Positions 25,884-34,342 of a stretch of DNA of 64,000 bases are shown here, in pieces. The notes under the pieces are model-generated. The model was given only the letters and a program-made list of their open reading frames with translations. It was not told where the DNA came from and did no database searches. Origin of the DNA: a virus; the IMG/VR virus record IMGVR_UViG_3300021960_000054, positions 8,047 to 72,046 of that record; one strand, 5' to 3'. Both the position numbers and the translations under genes were made by a program. Each line of letters starts with the position of its first letter. Within the stretch, counting starts at the first letter, position 1.

Positions 25884-26716
25884 TAAAATTCCTCAATGCT
25901 CTCAATCAGCAAATTCATTCGCTTTGAGATAAACAAGTCAAGCAACTTACGCTTGCTACCTTGCATAGCACTGTTTAGTTGTTCTAAGATAGTCGCTTGC
26001 ATGTCTTTAGGCGTCTGCTTTAAGTCTACAAGGATAGTGTTCTCTTTAAAACGCTCATAGTCTACAGGTGGGTTCTGTATAAATTCAATCATCTTCTTCT
26101 TACTCATAGGTTTCTGTCGACCGCCTGTGACGAATACATCACCCGGAGATAGAATGTTTGGTACTCCATCGCCTCTATCACCTTTAAGAATATGTTCAAG
26201 TAGGTAACCTTTAGGGTCATTGCACTTGAGAAACTTCTTTAAGATAGGAGAGAATTGCTCGACATTACTATACTCTTGCAACTGTTGAAAGTCTTTGTCG
26301 CCTGATAGAATGAGAATGGGATCGCCACCCAAGTCGCGCCCATGCTCATGGCAGATTGTACCGATGATATCATCTGCTTCTGCATGTTCTACTTGCAATA
26401 CTTTGTAAGGAGCGTTCTCGCGTATCTCATCACGCACTTCATTTAGTGCAGTGAAGATTTCATTCCAATCATACGAGGACTTCTCACGGTCATCTTTGCG
26501 TGATGCTTTATAGTGTGGGAAGATTTGCTTGCGCCAATAGTTCTTGTCATCACAACAAATAATCAAATCACCATATTTCTTACTAAACTTCTGTTTATAC
26601 ATTCGTAATGAATTGAAAATCATATGACGCACAAGATTAGGATCAACTTTTGTTGCTCCTTGTAATTGCATCATCAAATTAGATATCATCACTTGGTTCA
26701 AATCGACTAAAATCAT
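25883..26716 (-). CDS. rnh: T4-type RNase H (5'-3' exonuclease)
   Basis: MILVDLNQ, YWRK..FPHYKASR, EADDIIG, SGDKDFQQL, GDRGDGVPN. Confidence 0.93.
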   Translation of the reverse strand: MILVDLNQVMISNLMMQLQGATKVDPNLVRHMIFNSLRMYKQKFSKKYGDLIICCDDKNYWRKQIFPHYKASRKDDREKSSYDWNEIFTALNEVRDEIRENAPYKVLQVEHAEADDIIGTICHEHGRDLGGDPILILSGDKDFQQLQEYSNVEQFSPILKKFLKCNDPKGYLLEHILKGDRGDGVPNILSPGDVFVTGGRQKPMSKKKMIEFIQNPPVDYERFKENTILVDLKQTPKDMQATILEQLNSAMQGSKRKLLDLFISKRMNLLIESIEEF

Positions 26717-26776
26717 AGTATATCTCTCTTCATTGTTAATACTTATTATCGCACATTTTCATGTGTTTGTCAAGCA

Positions 26777-27169
26777 TTAATCCTCATAATCTTCATTTAA
26801 TTCATCCATCATTAACTGCAATCCAACCTGAGAGATTTCTCCTGCTCTGTTTTTAATGACTTTAAACTTGCAATATTTGTCTACTAGGTCTTGAAAATCA
26901 TGATGCACTCTTCCGTGTCTCATAAGACAACTACGCAATGCCTCTAATGCAAATGCGTAATCTTTAAGAAACTCAGGGTCTTGTACATCAACTCCATTCG
27001 CTACCATTTCTTTAGCACCTGCCATAAGAATACTTTCTGCGAGGAAATTGCTCACTTCAGTCGCTTTTGTCCTTTGCATATCTTCGATTAGATTTGCAGT
27101 TGCTTCTGCTTCAAGGTTAGCGGTTCGACTGTTCACCTTCGGGAATTGAATGACATTATCCTCCGACAT
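26777..27169 (-). CDS. Hypothetical protein
   Basis: DNVIQFP N-terminal motif. Confidence 0.7.
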   Translation of the reverse strand: MSEDNVIQFPKVNSRTANLEAEATANLIEDMQRTKATEVSNFLAESILMAGAKEMVANGVDVQDPEFLKDYAFALEALRSCLMRHGRVHHDFQDLVDKYCKFKVIKNRAGEISQVGLQLMMDELNEDYED

Positions 27170-27680
27170 ATTTGTATTTACCTCTCACTAGAACTGTACG
27201 GGTCTTGGTTTGCTTCTCATATTCTAGATTGCGCTTGTCCACTAGAATACCTATGCGTCTGCTTATTGTGATGCCTACATTCTTAGGTAGATATTCCGTA
27301 ATGTCATCCATCTCCATTAACATATTACGAACCTCTTTAATAACAACTCTCTTCTTAGCATGTTTTAGACTATCTACCGCCTTAAAGATTTGTTTGTCTA
27401 TAGTAGTATGTATATCTCGGCGTTTTGGTTTCCTAGGAGATGAATTAGGCATCACCCATTGAGTATTTTCGCTTTCATAGACTTTAGTACCATCTGGATA
27501 CAGTCGGTGCGCCTTGTCTATAGTGTGCATCATATACACTTTAGTACCATCTTCGCGAACTTTGAGAAGCACTTGTTCCATCTTAGGACCAACGTATTTA
27601 CCATGTTCTTCATAATGGTCTTTTAGTCGTTGATCCAACCAAGATGGTGCATCATCGGTTACCTTTTTACTCTTTGCCAA
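27156..27680 (-). CDS. Hypothetical protein, possible C-terminal winged helix
   Basis: TTG start with GGAG RBS; basic C-terminus. Confidence 0.55.
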   Translation of the reverse strand: MAKSKKVTDDAPSWLDQRLKDHYEEHGKYVGPKMEQVLLKVREDGTKVYMMHTIDKAHRLYPDGTKVYESENTQWVMPNSSPRKPKRRDIHTTIDKQIFKAVDSLKHAKKRVVIKEVRNMLMEMDDITEYLPKNVGITISRRIGILVDKRNLEYEKQTKTRTVLVRGKYKYVGG

Positions 27681-28460
27681 TTACTTCTCCGTATCGTATG
27701 TCTTGTCTCGTAGAAACTGTTTTGGTCTGCGATATCTTACTCTATTAATAATTTCATCAAAGTTAAACTTTCTGATATTAAGCGGTGTGTGAACATTTCT
27801 ATGTGAATATTCAGAGACACGTTTCACATCGTCATGAGACATAGTATGCAATCTGACGCTCTCTCCATTAGGAGTATTGATGCGAACATACATTACAGTC
27901 TCACCTTTTTCAAAGATTAGTCCATCATCTAAATTCATCTTGTCTTTAGTTTCTTTAGGAACATGAAATCCAAAATGCAGTGGTCTCTGCCAAGCATGAA
28001 TATCAAAACGTCCATTCATATATCTAATCTCTTCGCGGGTACCGTGTAATATGGGTGGAAGAGTTTCAATAATAGTGTTAGGAGTATCAGACACAAACAT
28101 GTTGTTTAAGAATAATTGAACTGCAGTAGAGTCCACAGCATCTTCATATACAATACTCATAAGACTACTTACATCTGCAGTTAAAGACGGCATAGGCGAA
28201 TAAATCACCTTACCATCTATAACATTCAGACAAATATCAAATGGCATTGTAATAGCAAACACATTCTTGTAGAAATTATTGAATGCTGGACAGTATCGAA
28301 CATCACCTTGCGCGAGTTTTGGACCAGACACTTTTTTGGGTCTGTCTGTAACGGTTTCGCGCCAATTGCTATCTCTCAGAGAACTAGTCCAACAAGTCCA
28401 ACCAACATCAATATGTTTTGGTTTAAACAACCTTATCACCATATTGTTCAAGATATGCAA
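27681..28460 (-). CDS. Conserved phage protein (distant paralog of 2063-3076)
   Basis: VRYCPAF...FAITMPFD...GRFDIHAWQRP...KGETVMYVR. Confidence 0.6.
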   Translation of the reverse strand: MHILNNMVIRLFKPKHIDVGWTCWTSSLRDSNWRETVTDRPKKVSGPKLAQGDVRYCPAFNNFYKNVFAITMPFDICLNVIDGKVIYSPMPSLTADVSSLMSIVYEDAVDSTAVQLFLNNMFVSDTPNTIIETLPPILHGTREEIRYMNGRFDIHAWQRPLHFGFHVPKETKDKMNLDDGLIFEKGETVMYVRINTPNGESVRLHTMSHDDVKRVSEYSHRNVHTPLNIRKFNFDEIINRVRYRRPKQFLRDKTYDTEK

Positions 28461-28689
28461 TCTTCACACTGTCAACGCGAAAACTACGCCAAGCATCCTT
28501 ATCTAAGTCCCAACATTTAACAACCTCTTTGTTAGTTGGTTTGGATGCTTTAGTCTCTTTTGCAAACTCTACATGCGGCATGAACTTCTCGCTCAATGTG
28601 CATTTCATTTGACGCTCTGTGCCGTCTTTCTTTGTGAATGTAACTTTACAGATACCATCACGCAAGTCATTAATCAATTCATCATACAT
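28423..28689 (-). CDS. WYL-2/SH3-like beta-barrel protein
   Basis: VTFTKKDGTERQMKCTL...WDLDKDAWRSFRVDSV. Confidence 0.8.
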   Translation of the reverse strand: MYDELINDLRDGICKVTFTKKDGTERQMKCTLSEKFMPHVEFAKETKASKPTNKEVVKCWDLDKDAWRSFRVDSVKIAYLEQYGDKVV

Positions 28690-28693
28690 ATAC

Positions 28694-28924
28694 TTATTCT
28701 CCTTCAAGTTTTCGTTTGAGTTCATTATACCCTCCAATGTACTCATTGTCAATAGTAATTATAGGAAAAGTTCGCGCTGTGGGGAATTTCGCCACTACAT
28801 CATCTCGCGTAAATTCTTCACCTAGTGTTACTGCAGTATACTCTAGACCTTTTTGGTTGAGTAATTGTTTTGCCATATCACAATACGGACACTGTGGTTT
28901 AGTCCATACACCTATATTCATCAT
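28694..28924 (-). CDS. nrdC: Glutaredoxin
   Basis: CPYC active site, TFPII, IGGY. Confidence 0.9.
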   Translation of the reverse strand: MMNIGVWTKPQCPYCDMAKQLLNQKGLEYTAVTLGEEFTRDDVVAKFPTARTFPIITIDNEYIGGYNELKRKLEGE

Positions 28925-29601
28925 GCCGCTCCTTTATTCTCAATAATCTTAATTCGATTTATATATGTCTCGCGCACTTCATTGTACTTATTCGCTTCGT
29001 GCTTATTAACATATGCATCTAAGTCCACACAGTCCTTAACCTGTATGCCAAATTTTTCTTCTTTATCCATTGTCACCCATGTCTTCACTACATTCTGCCG
29101 GCGGTCCATAAATGTATATAGATAACACTCTGCGCCTCTAATGTATTTTTTACTCAACAACTTTAGAAAGAAGTTTGAGCGAGTACCAACAACACCAACA
29201 TATTCACTATTCTTATAGAACTCTTCGTCTAGTTTGAATTTATCATATGTTGGTACCATGGCAACCGCATATCCAATTGCACTTTTAGTTATATCTTCCT
29301 TAACTGATAGTTTGTTCAACTCTTTCAGAAAGTCGGACATCTCAGACAAAGGACGCCTCTCATGAATAACTGAAAAGTACTTAATAACATCTAGTGCTTT
29401 AAGGCGATGTTCTTCGGTTACTTCTGGACCTACGAACTTAGTCACAAACTGAATGACTTTATCTTTTGTTGAACGATACCCTGGAGTATCACCAGCATAA
29501 CCTGTATTAGAGTTACCTTTGAACTCTCCATCTTGTTCGATGATTGCTACCGAGCAAGATACAATATCAATTAATTTATATAGATTGTTGTCCGTAGTCA
29601 T
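28921..29601 (-). CDS. Hypothetical protein with C-terminal OB-like fold
   Basis: SEYVGVVGTR...HEANKYNEVRETYINRIK. Confidence 0.6.
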   Translation of the reverse strand: MTTDNNLYKLIDIVSCSVAIIEQDGEFKGNSNTGYAGDTPGYRSTKDKVIQFVTKFVGPEVTEEHRLKALDVIKYFSVIHERRPLSEMSDFLKELNKLSVKEDITKSAIGYAVAMVPTYDKFKLDEEFYKNSEYVGVVGTRSNFFLKLLSKKYIRGAECYLYTFMDRRQNVVKTWVTMDKEEKFGIQVKDCVDLDAYVNKHEANKYNEVRETYINRIKIIENKGAA

Positions 29602-29770
29602 TGTCCATAAACCCTTGTTCGTTTTCAATCATCTCTTGTGCTTCTGGCATGTCTTGTTCAGGATACGGATCGCAATCACACCCACCACAATCAATGCATG
29701 TAAAACAAGAATAGCAAGAGAACTCATCTGCCGCATAGTTGTTGCCTTTACATTTAGCACATGTGTACAT
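29576..29770 (-). CDS. Cys-rich small protein
   Basis: CAKC, CYSC, CIDC, CDC. Confidence 0.5.
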   Translation of the reverse strand: MYTCAKCKGNNYAADEFSCYSCFTCIDCGGCDCDPYPEQDMPEAQEMIENEQGFMDNDYGQQSI

Positions 29771-29772
29771 AA

Positions 29773-29964
29773 TTAATACCCCATCTCGACTTCGCGTTGA
29801 TATTGAAACTTCGCCGCCTCTTCTTCAATCCACTCTTCAAACAGAGCAATCTCACCTGCTAAACGGTCGCGTTCAGTATTGACTTTTGCTTTCAATTTCT
29901 TGTCAGCGATAGTAACAACTACCTCGTCAAGAAGTTCTTTCATTTTGATATCATCTACAGACAT
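29773..29964 (-). CDS. Hypothetical protein
   Basis: GAGGAG RBS; promoter TTGACA-N17-TATATT at 29991-30019. Confidence 0.65.
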   Translation of the reverse strand: MSVDDIKMKELLDEVVVTIADKKLKAKVNTERDRLAGEIALFEEWIEEEAAKFQYQREVEMGY

Positions 29965-30027
29965 TATATATTCTCCTCATTACAGTTATTAATATAACAC
30001 AATCTATATTGAATGTCAAGCACTTTC

Positions 30028-30294
30028 TCACTGAAATGCGATTAAAGATAACAACAGAGAGTTTAGTGCGAATCCAATTGCATTAGATACAATATAGAGT
30101 GCATCTTTAGCATAGATTGCTCGTACTAGGAACAAGAACAGTCCTAACCATACTAGTAGTATGAAGTTCAGTGGTGGTAGATTGGTTGACCAACCCATCA
30201 GTACTGAAATTGATGTTGGAGCAGTCGCTCCGTGTATTAGGATCATTCCGATCCACCCACATATTTCTGGGATTTTATTTTTCACATTATTCAT
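30028..30294 (-). CDS. Three-TM membrane protein (SemiSWEET/PQ-loop-like)
   Basis: GWIGMILI...P...GLFLFLVRAI..KDALYIVSNAIGF. Confidence 0.65.
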   Translation of the reverse strand: MNNVKNKIPEICGWIGMILIHGATAPTSISVLMGWSTNLPPLNFILLVWLGLFLFLVRAIYAKDALYIVSNAIGFALNSLLLSLIAFQ

Positions 30295-30345
30295 AATATA
30301 ACTCCTTTTCTTATTGTATTATAGTAACACACTTTTTTAGAGTTG

Positions 30346-30438
30346 TCAAGTAAAATCTGCAATAAATGCCATAATACCCATTATAAAAACAACTATAATA
30401 AACAGTTGTGCAATCCGGCAGGCGATGTAGTCACTCAT
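30346..30438 (-). CDS. 30-aa single-TM peptide
   Basis: MSDYIACRIAQLFIIVVFIMGIMAFIADFT; GAGGAG RBS. Confidence 0.5.
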   Translation of the reverse strand: MSDYIACRIAQLFIIVVFIMGIMAFIADFT

Positions 30439-30439
30439 T

Positions 30440-30640
30440 CTAAATCTCCTCGACAGTAATACGGTATTTCTTACCATTCATATCGCACAGGTCGATAGTC
30501 TTTTTGGTAGAAACAAAGTAACCCTTAGTAGGATGTAAGTCCCATTTGATAGGGTCAATCAATCCGATAATATTATCGGGATCATACTTCAATAGTGCTT
30601 TACGAACTACATCAGCGATTTTATCACAGTAAGCAATCAT
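30440..30640 (-). CDS. Early hypothetical protein
   Basis: AAGGAG RBS; follows the promoter at 30672-30700. Confidence 0.65.
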   Translation of the reverse strand: MIAYCDKIADVVRKALLKYDPDNIIGLIDPIKWDLHPTKGYFVSTKKTIDLCDMNGKKYRITVEEI

Positions 30641-30671
30641 AATATATCTCCTTTTCTCATCTTACATAGTC

Positions 30672-30700
30672 ATTATAACGTATCAATTGGCAAATGTCAA
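30672..30700 (-). promoter_or_regulatory. Early sigma70-type promoter
   Basis: GTGGATTTCCC-TTGACA-N17-TATAAT, then GTAAGATGAG. Confidence 0.85.
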
Positions 30701-30763
30701 GGGAAATCCACAAAAAAAACGGCAAAAATGCCGCTTTTCTTTAGATACTGGGTGTGTAGGGGT

Positions 30764-31105
30764 TTATTCTGCTACTGTCATATTGTGATTTCTTTGTGAT
30801 ATTGGTGAAACGCCTCTTGGACTCTGCTCCGCAACCACTGTTGCTGGTTCTGGTAGAGTATAAGTACACTTAAACTCATTATTAGACCAATCCCATTGGT
30901 TTCCAGTGTCAGCATTCCATTCTAGTTCTACAGACTTTTGTTTGAAACTGTCTTCTGCATCGATATATCCAATCATAATACTCTCGTTTGCAATGTTCTC
31001 AGTGAAACGACTAGGAACTTGACGCACTTCAGCGGGAAATATCTTACCGTCTGATATTCTCTCTAAGTCTACAATTCTATTATTCATTTCTGTTGATAGT
31101 GTCAT
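30764..31105 (-). CDS. Hypothetical protein
   Basis: ORF preceded by GATAAATA late-like motif. Confidence 0.55.
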   Translation of the reverse strand: MTLSTEMNNRIVDLERISDGKIFPAEVRQVPSRFTENIANESIMIGYIDAEDSFKQKSVELEWNADTGNQWDWSNNEFKCTYTLPEPATVVAEQSPRGVSPISQRNHNMTVAE

Positions 31106-31113
31106 GAAACTAT

Positions 31114-31578
31114 TTATCCTCTATCGATATATTTATCGTCATATGGTTCTTCTGGTGCGGCACTAAATCCAATACCCCTCTCTGTGAGTACTTTATAGTT
31201 TAATTTATGCGCTTCTTGTATATCATCTTTTGACTGACCTTTGTAAGGTACTGCATAACATTGTGCAATCATCATGTCGTTGATTGAATTACCCATGCTA
31301 TCGACTAACTCACCAAGTATACGTCCAAACTTACCTTTGTCATCTTTATATGTTCTTAGCGTAAATACATGTCCCACTGGAAATCTATCTTCGATAAACT
31401 TTGTTGCTAGTTTACCGTAGTGCTTTTCTTCTAAATCTCTTGTGCGACTTTCTGGTGTATCGATACCATGCAATCGTACACGCTGTTTGCGTAACCATAC
31501 ACCGAATCCTAAATCAATGTCGATATCTACTGTGTCGCCATCGACTACTCGTAACATTGTTGCTCTGTACTCATGCAT
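31114..31578 (-). CDS. Thermonuclease (SNase family)
   Basis: RVVDGDTVD, RLHGIDTPESRT, GKFGRILG. Confidence 0.9.
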   Translation of the reverse strand: MHEYRATMLRVVDGDTVDIDIDLGFGVWLRKQRVRLHGIDTPESRTRDLEEKHYGKLATKFIEDRFPVGHVFTLRTYKDDKGKFGRILGELVDSMGNSINDMMIAQCYAVPYKGQSKDDIQEAHKLNYKVLTERGIGFSAAPEEPYDDKYIDRG

Positions 31579-31580
31579 TA

Positions 31581-31781
31581 CTATTTACTCCCACCGATGT
31601 ATCCCCCGATGACGCCAATCAACCCTGTTACTGACATTTTCATAAGTGTAATAACACTCTCATCAACTGGTCTGTTTTCTTCTAGTGCTACCCAATAGTC
31701 ACCGATAATGATAACTCCTAGTAGTAATAGTACGCCACCTGTAATCAGTAGCACTACAACATCTTTAAAATTCTTAATCAT
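31581..31781 (-). CDS. Two-TM membrane protein
   Basis: Hydrophobic segments; GLIGVIGGYIG. Confidence 0.65.
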   Translation of the reverse strand: MIKNFKDVVVLLITGGVLLLLGVIIIGDYWVALEENRPVDESVITLMKMSVTGLIGVIGGYIGGSK

Positions 31782-32815
31782 TTCTCCACCTTTTTCGTTT
31801 CTTCGATAACCTCATGATGTAAGATTCCCGAATTCTTCTCTTTGAAGTATTTTCTTTTTTTAAACTTCTCCCACAACTCACGTTCATCTTCTGTTACAAT
31901 AAGTTTGACTTCTTCGACTTCGTTGCTTTGCACCTCTTCTTCAACTCGGTCACCTTCGGTCGCACTCTCACTACTTTCTTCAGTCTCGGTACTTTCTTCC
32001 GGTAACTTGACTTCATGTGCGTCTACCTCTGTAAAGTTTGCGATATTATCATTGTCAACTTTTACTTTACGATAGTCTCTTATTGATTGGTTCGCGGCAA
32101 TAAGTAGTAATACCGCTAATGGATCAAATACAAATATCAAAAGTAAAATAACGTAACGTACTGCTTCGTCAAAGTGGTCTTTTGCTTCATCACCATAGAT
32201 GAGTTCAGCAATATACTTGAGTGGTCCAACTTCTGCTTCAATTGCAAGTTGTTCTTTACTTAACTCTAATTTCTTACTATTTAGTTCTGCTATATTATCA
32301 CTTGCTTCTTTAATGATACTATTCAGTGATGCACGTTCTTCTTTTTGTGTCTCTCGTACTGCAATTGCGCCATCTTTACCTCTGATACGGTCATAGTCAA
32401 TCAGTGTTTGTACTGACTTATCTAGTTGTTCAATAACTGTATCAGCATCAACGATACGCTTGTTTTGTCTATCAATCTGCTTTTCGATTTGTGTGATTTC
32501 AAGTGTATTGTCACCTGCGCTGATGGTTTGGTCTAAGTGTGCTTTTGATAGAAATCCAAAGATTCCCATTGATGTTATAAATACTAATACTACAACAGCA
32601 ATCGTTAGATACGACTTCAACAGTACTGGAGTTCTCTTCCAGTTGTTATATAACCACGATGCTGTAACAAGTTTTGATACTTCTAAAACACCACCCATCA
32701 ATAATACAGGTATCTTCGCGGCACTAAAAATAGCGGCGAGTCCTAGTAATGAGTAAAGTGCCGCAACTGCAGATATGCTAATTGCGGACAATAAAGTCAG
32801 TAATGCTAATATCAT
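31778..32815 (-). CDS. Membrane protein with long coiled coil
   Basis: YSLLGLAAIF, LEVSKLV, ITSMGIFGFLSKAH, EVGPLKYIA, FDPLAVLLL; TATAAATA at 32915-32922. Confidence 0.75.
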   Translation of the reverse strand: MILALLTLLSAISISAVAALYSLLGLAAIFSAAKIPVLLMGGVLEVSKLVTASWLYNNWKRTPVLLKSYLTIAVVVLVFITSMGIFGFLSKAHLDQTISAGDNTLEITQIEKQIDRQNKRIVDADTVIEQLDKSVQTLIDYDRIRGKDGAIAVRETQKEERASLNSIIKEASDNIAELNSKKLELSKEQLAIEAEVGPLKYIAELIYGDEAKDHFDEAVRYVILLLIFVFDPLAVLLLIAANQSIRDYRKVKVDNDNIANFTEVDAHEVKLPEESTETEESSESATEGDRVEEEVQSNEVEEVKLIVTEDERELWEKFKKRKYFKEKNSGILHHEVIEETKKVEK

Positions 32816-33372
32816 AGGCGTTCTATTCCTGCTTTACAGATATAATAAGCATCAACAATATCAGTCACGGGTGAATCCAAAGTGTCTTGTCCTAGTATAT
32901 CTTTCAACTGATAGTATTTATATTCATTCAGGAATGCTTCATACATTTTATCTTTGTTGGCGTTTCCCTTACCACTAGCAAACTTCTTTACTTCAGATGG
33001 GGATATTGTTGTATAAGGAAGATTATTTTTGTACAGACGCATCTTCATTGCACCCGCATTCTCACCAATATGAAACACACGACCTTTTGCGCCCATAGCA
33101 TAATCTTCGATAGTGATATGTTGAATTGCATCTAGTCCAAATGAGGTATCATACTTACTTAAACACTCAATGACCCATGATGCAATATTGTCATAGCGTT
33201 CTTCTGGACAGTTCCATGGTTTATGTAGGTCACCATAGATATTGTTCCATGTGCCCTCATACTTCTTTTTGGTTGTAAGATAATAGAACTTACATAAGAT
33301 AAAACTACATTTCTCATCCGGCGAAATGCAAATCGCCGGACTACTTAATGAATAGTCTATGCCCACATACAT
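32812..33372 (-). CDS. RuvC-like Holliday junction resolvase
   Basis: VGIDYSL, IEDYA, VKKFASGKGNANK, DIVDAY. Confidence 0.8.
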   Translation of the reverse strand: MYVGIDYSLSSPAICISPDEKCSFILCKFYYLTTKKKYEGTWNNIYGDLHKPWNCPEERYDNIASWVIECLSKYDTSFGLDAIQHITIEDYAMGAKGRVFHIGENAGAMKMRLYKNNLPYTTISPSEVKKFASGKGNANKDKMYEAFLNEYKYYQLKDILGQDTLDSPVTDIVDAYYICKAGIERL

Positions 33373-33789
33373 TTATTTATTGAACTGTAAACGATATTTT
33401 CTACCGTTATGCATAAACGTAACAATAGAATGACTATAGACTGTTACAGCATCTTCTTGATACCTAGTTTCAATATTACACACACGCCTTGTGCTTGCGC
33501 CTGCATTCTTATCGTTTGCGATAATAGCACCTGTCAATGCACCGATGCCAGTAGCGGCGTTCTTACCACCACCTTTTCCAATTTGATTACCAATGACACC
33601 ACCGATAATTCCACCTAGGATCATATCTCCGGTTGTGTCATTGCGAACTACTTGATTGGTACACACTTCGACTGAATATGGTGTTTTATTGATTACTGTT
33701 TTTTCAACATCTCTTACATCTAAGATTTCACCTGCATAAGCACTCGTTGCAAACATTGCAATGATTGAACTAATCAAAATATACTTCAT
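33373..33789 (-). CDS. Glycine-zipper 2TM exported protein
   Basis: Signal peptide; GGIIGGVIGNQIGKGGGKNAATGIGALTG. Confidence 0.8.
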   Translation of the reverse strand: MKYILISSIIAMFATSAYAGEILDVRDVEKTVINKTPYSVEVCTNQVVRNDTTGDMILGGIIGGVIGNQIGKGGGKNAATGIGALTGAIIANDKNAGASTRRVCNIETRYQEDAVTVYSHSIVTFMHNGRKYRLQFNK

Positions 33790-34184
33790 TATAAATCTCC
33801 TTGTTTACGATTTTCACTGAACCAGGCGTCAAATGCTCCACCTGGATAACGCTTTTCTAATTTACGCACGTTCTCTTCTAAAACATCTTGAGGGTCTAAA
33901 TCCAATGCGCTACATGCATTAACCCAATACCAAAGGATATCCCCCAACTCTCGTTTGAGGTGAAAAATGGTATCATCATCCAGATTCTTTCCTTGGAACA
34001 CACACTTTTTGACGATTTCACTAAATTCACCTCCTTCACTAGATAATCCAATACTTGCCGTTAGTAGTGTACTAATATTACATTTGTGGTCTAACTCTTG
34101 TAATTTTCTTTCCAACTGTGTCAAGTTTTTACTTTCTTGACTAGTTACTTCACTCACAAATTCACGATATTCATTCAATTTCAT
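33789..34184 (-). CDS. mazG: MazG-like nucleotide pyrophosphohydrolase
   Basis: GLSSEGGEFSEIVKK, ELGDILWY, NVRKLEKRYP. Confidence 0.88.
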   Translation of the reverse strand: MKLNEYREFVSEVTSQESKNLTQLERKLQELDHKCNISTLLTASIGLSSEGGEFSEIVKKCVFQGKNLDDDTIFHLKRELGDILWYWVNACSALDLDPQDVLEENVRKLEKRYPGGAFDAWFSENRKQGDL

Positions 34185-34189
34185 TTTAA

Positions 34190-34333
34190 TTATTCCTCTT
34201 CATAATCTTCTGTTTCAACTTCTGCGCCACAAAAGGGACACAACGTAACTTGATAATAATCCTCATCCATGTTGTGTGCTAATCTAAATTCAGCATCACA
34301 GTCTATACATGCATATGTTTTCGGTCTCGCCAT
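34190..34333 (-). CDS. Small zinc-ribbon protein
   Basis: Manually translated MARPKTYACIDCDAEF...LCPFCGAEVETEDYEEE. Confidence 0.7.
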   Translation of the reverse strand: MARPKTYACIDCDAEFRLAHNMDEDYYQVTLCPFCGAEVETEDYEEE

Positions 34334-34342
34334 TTTTGCTCC

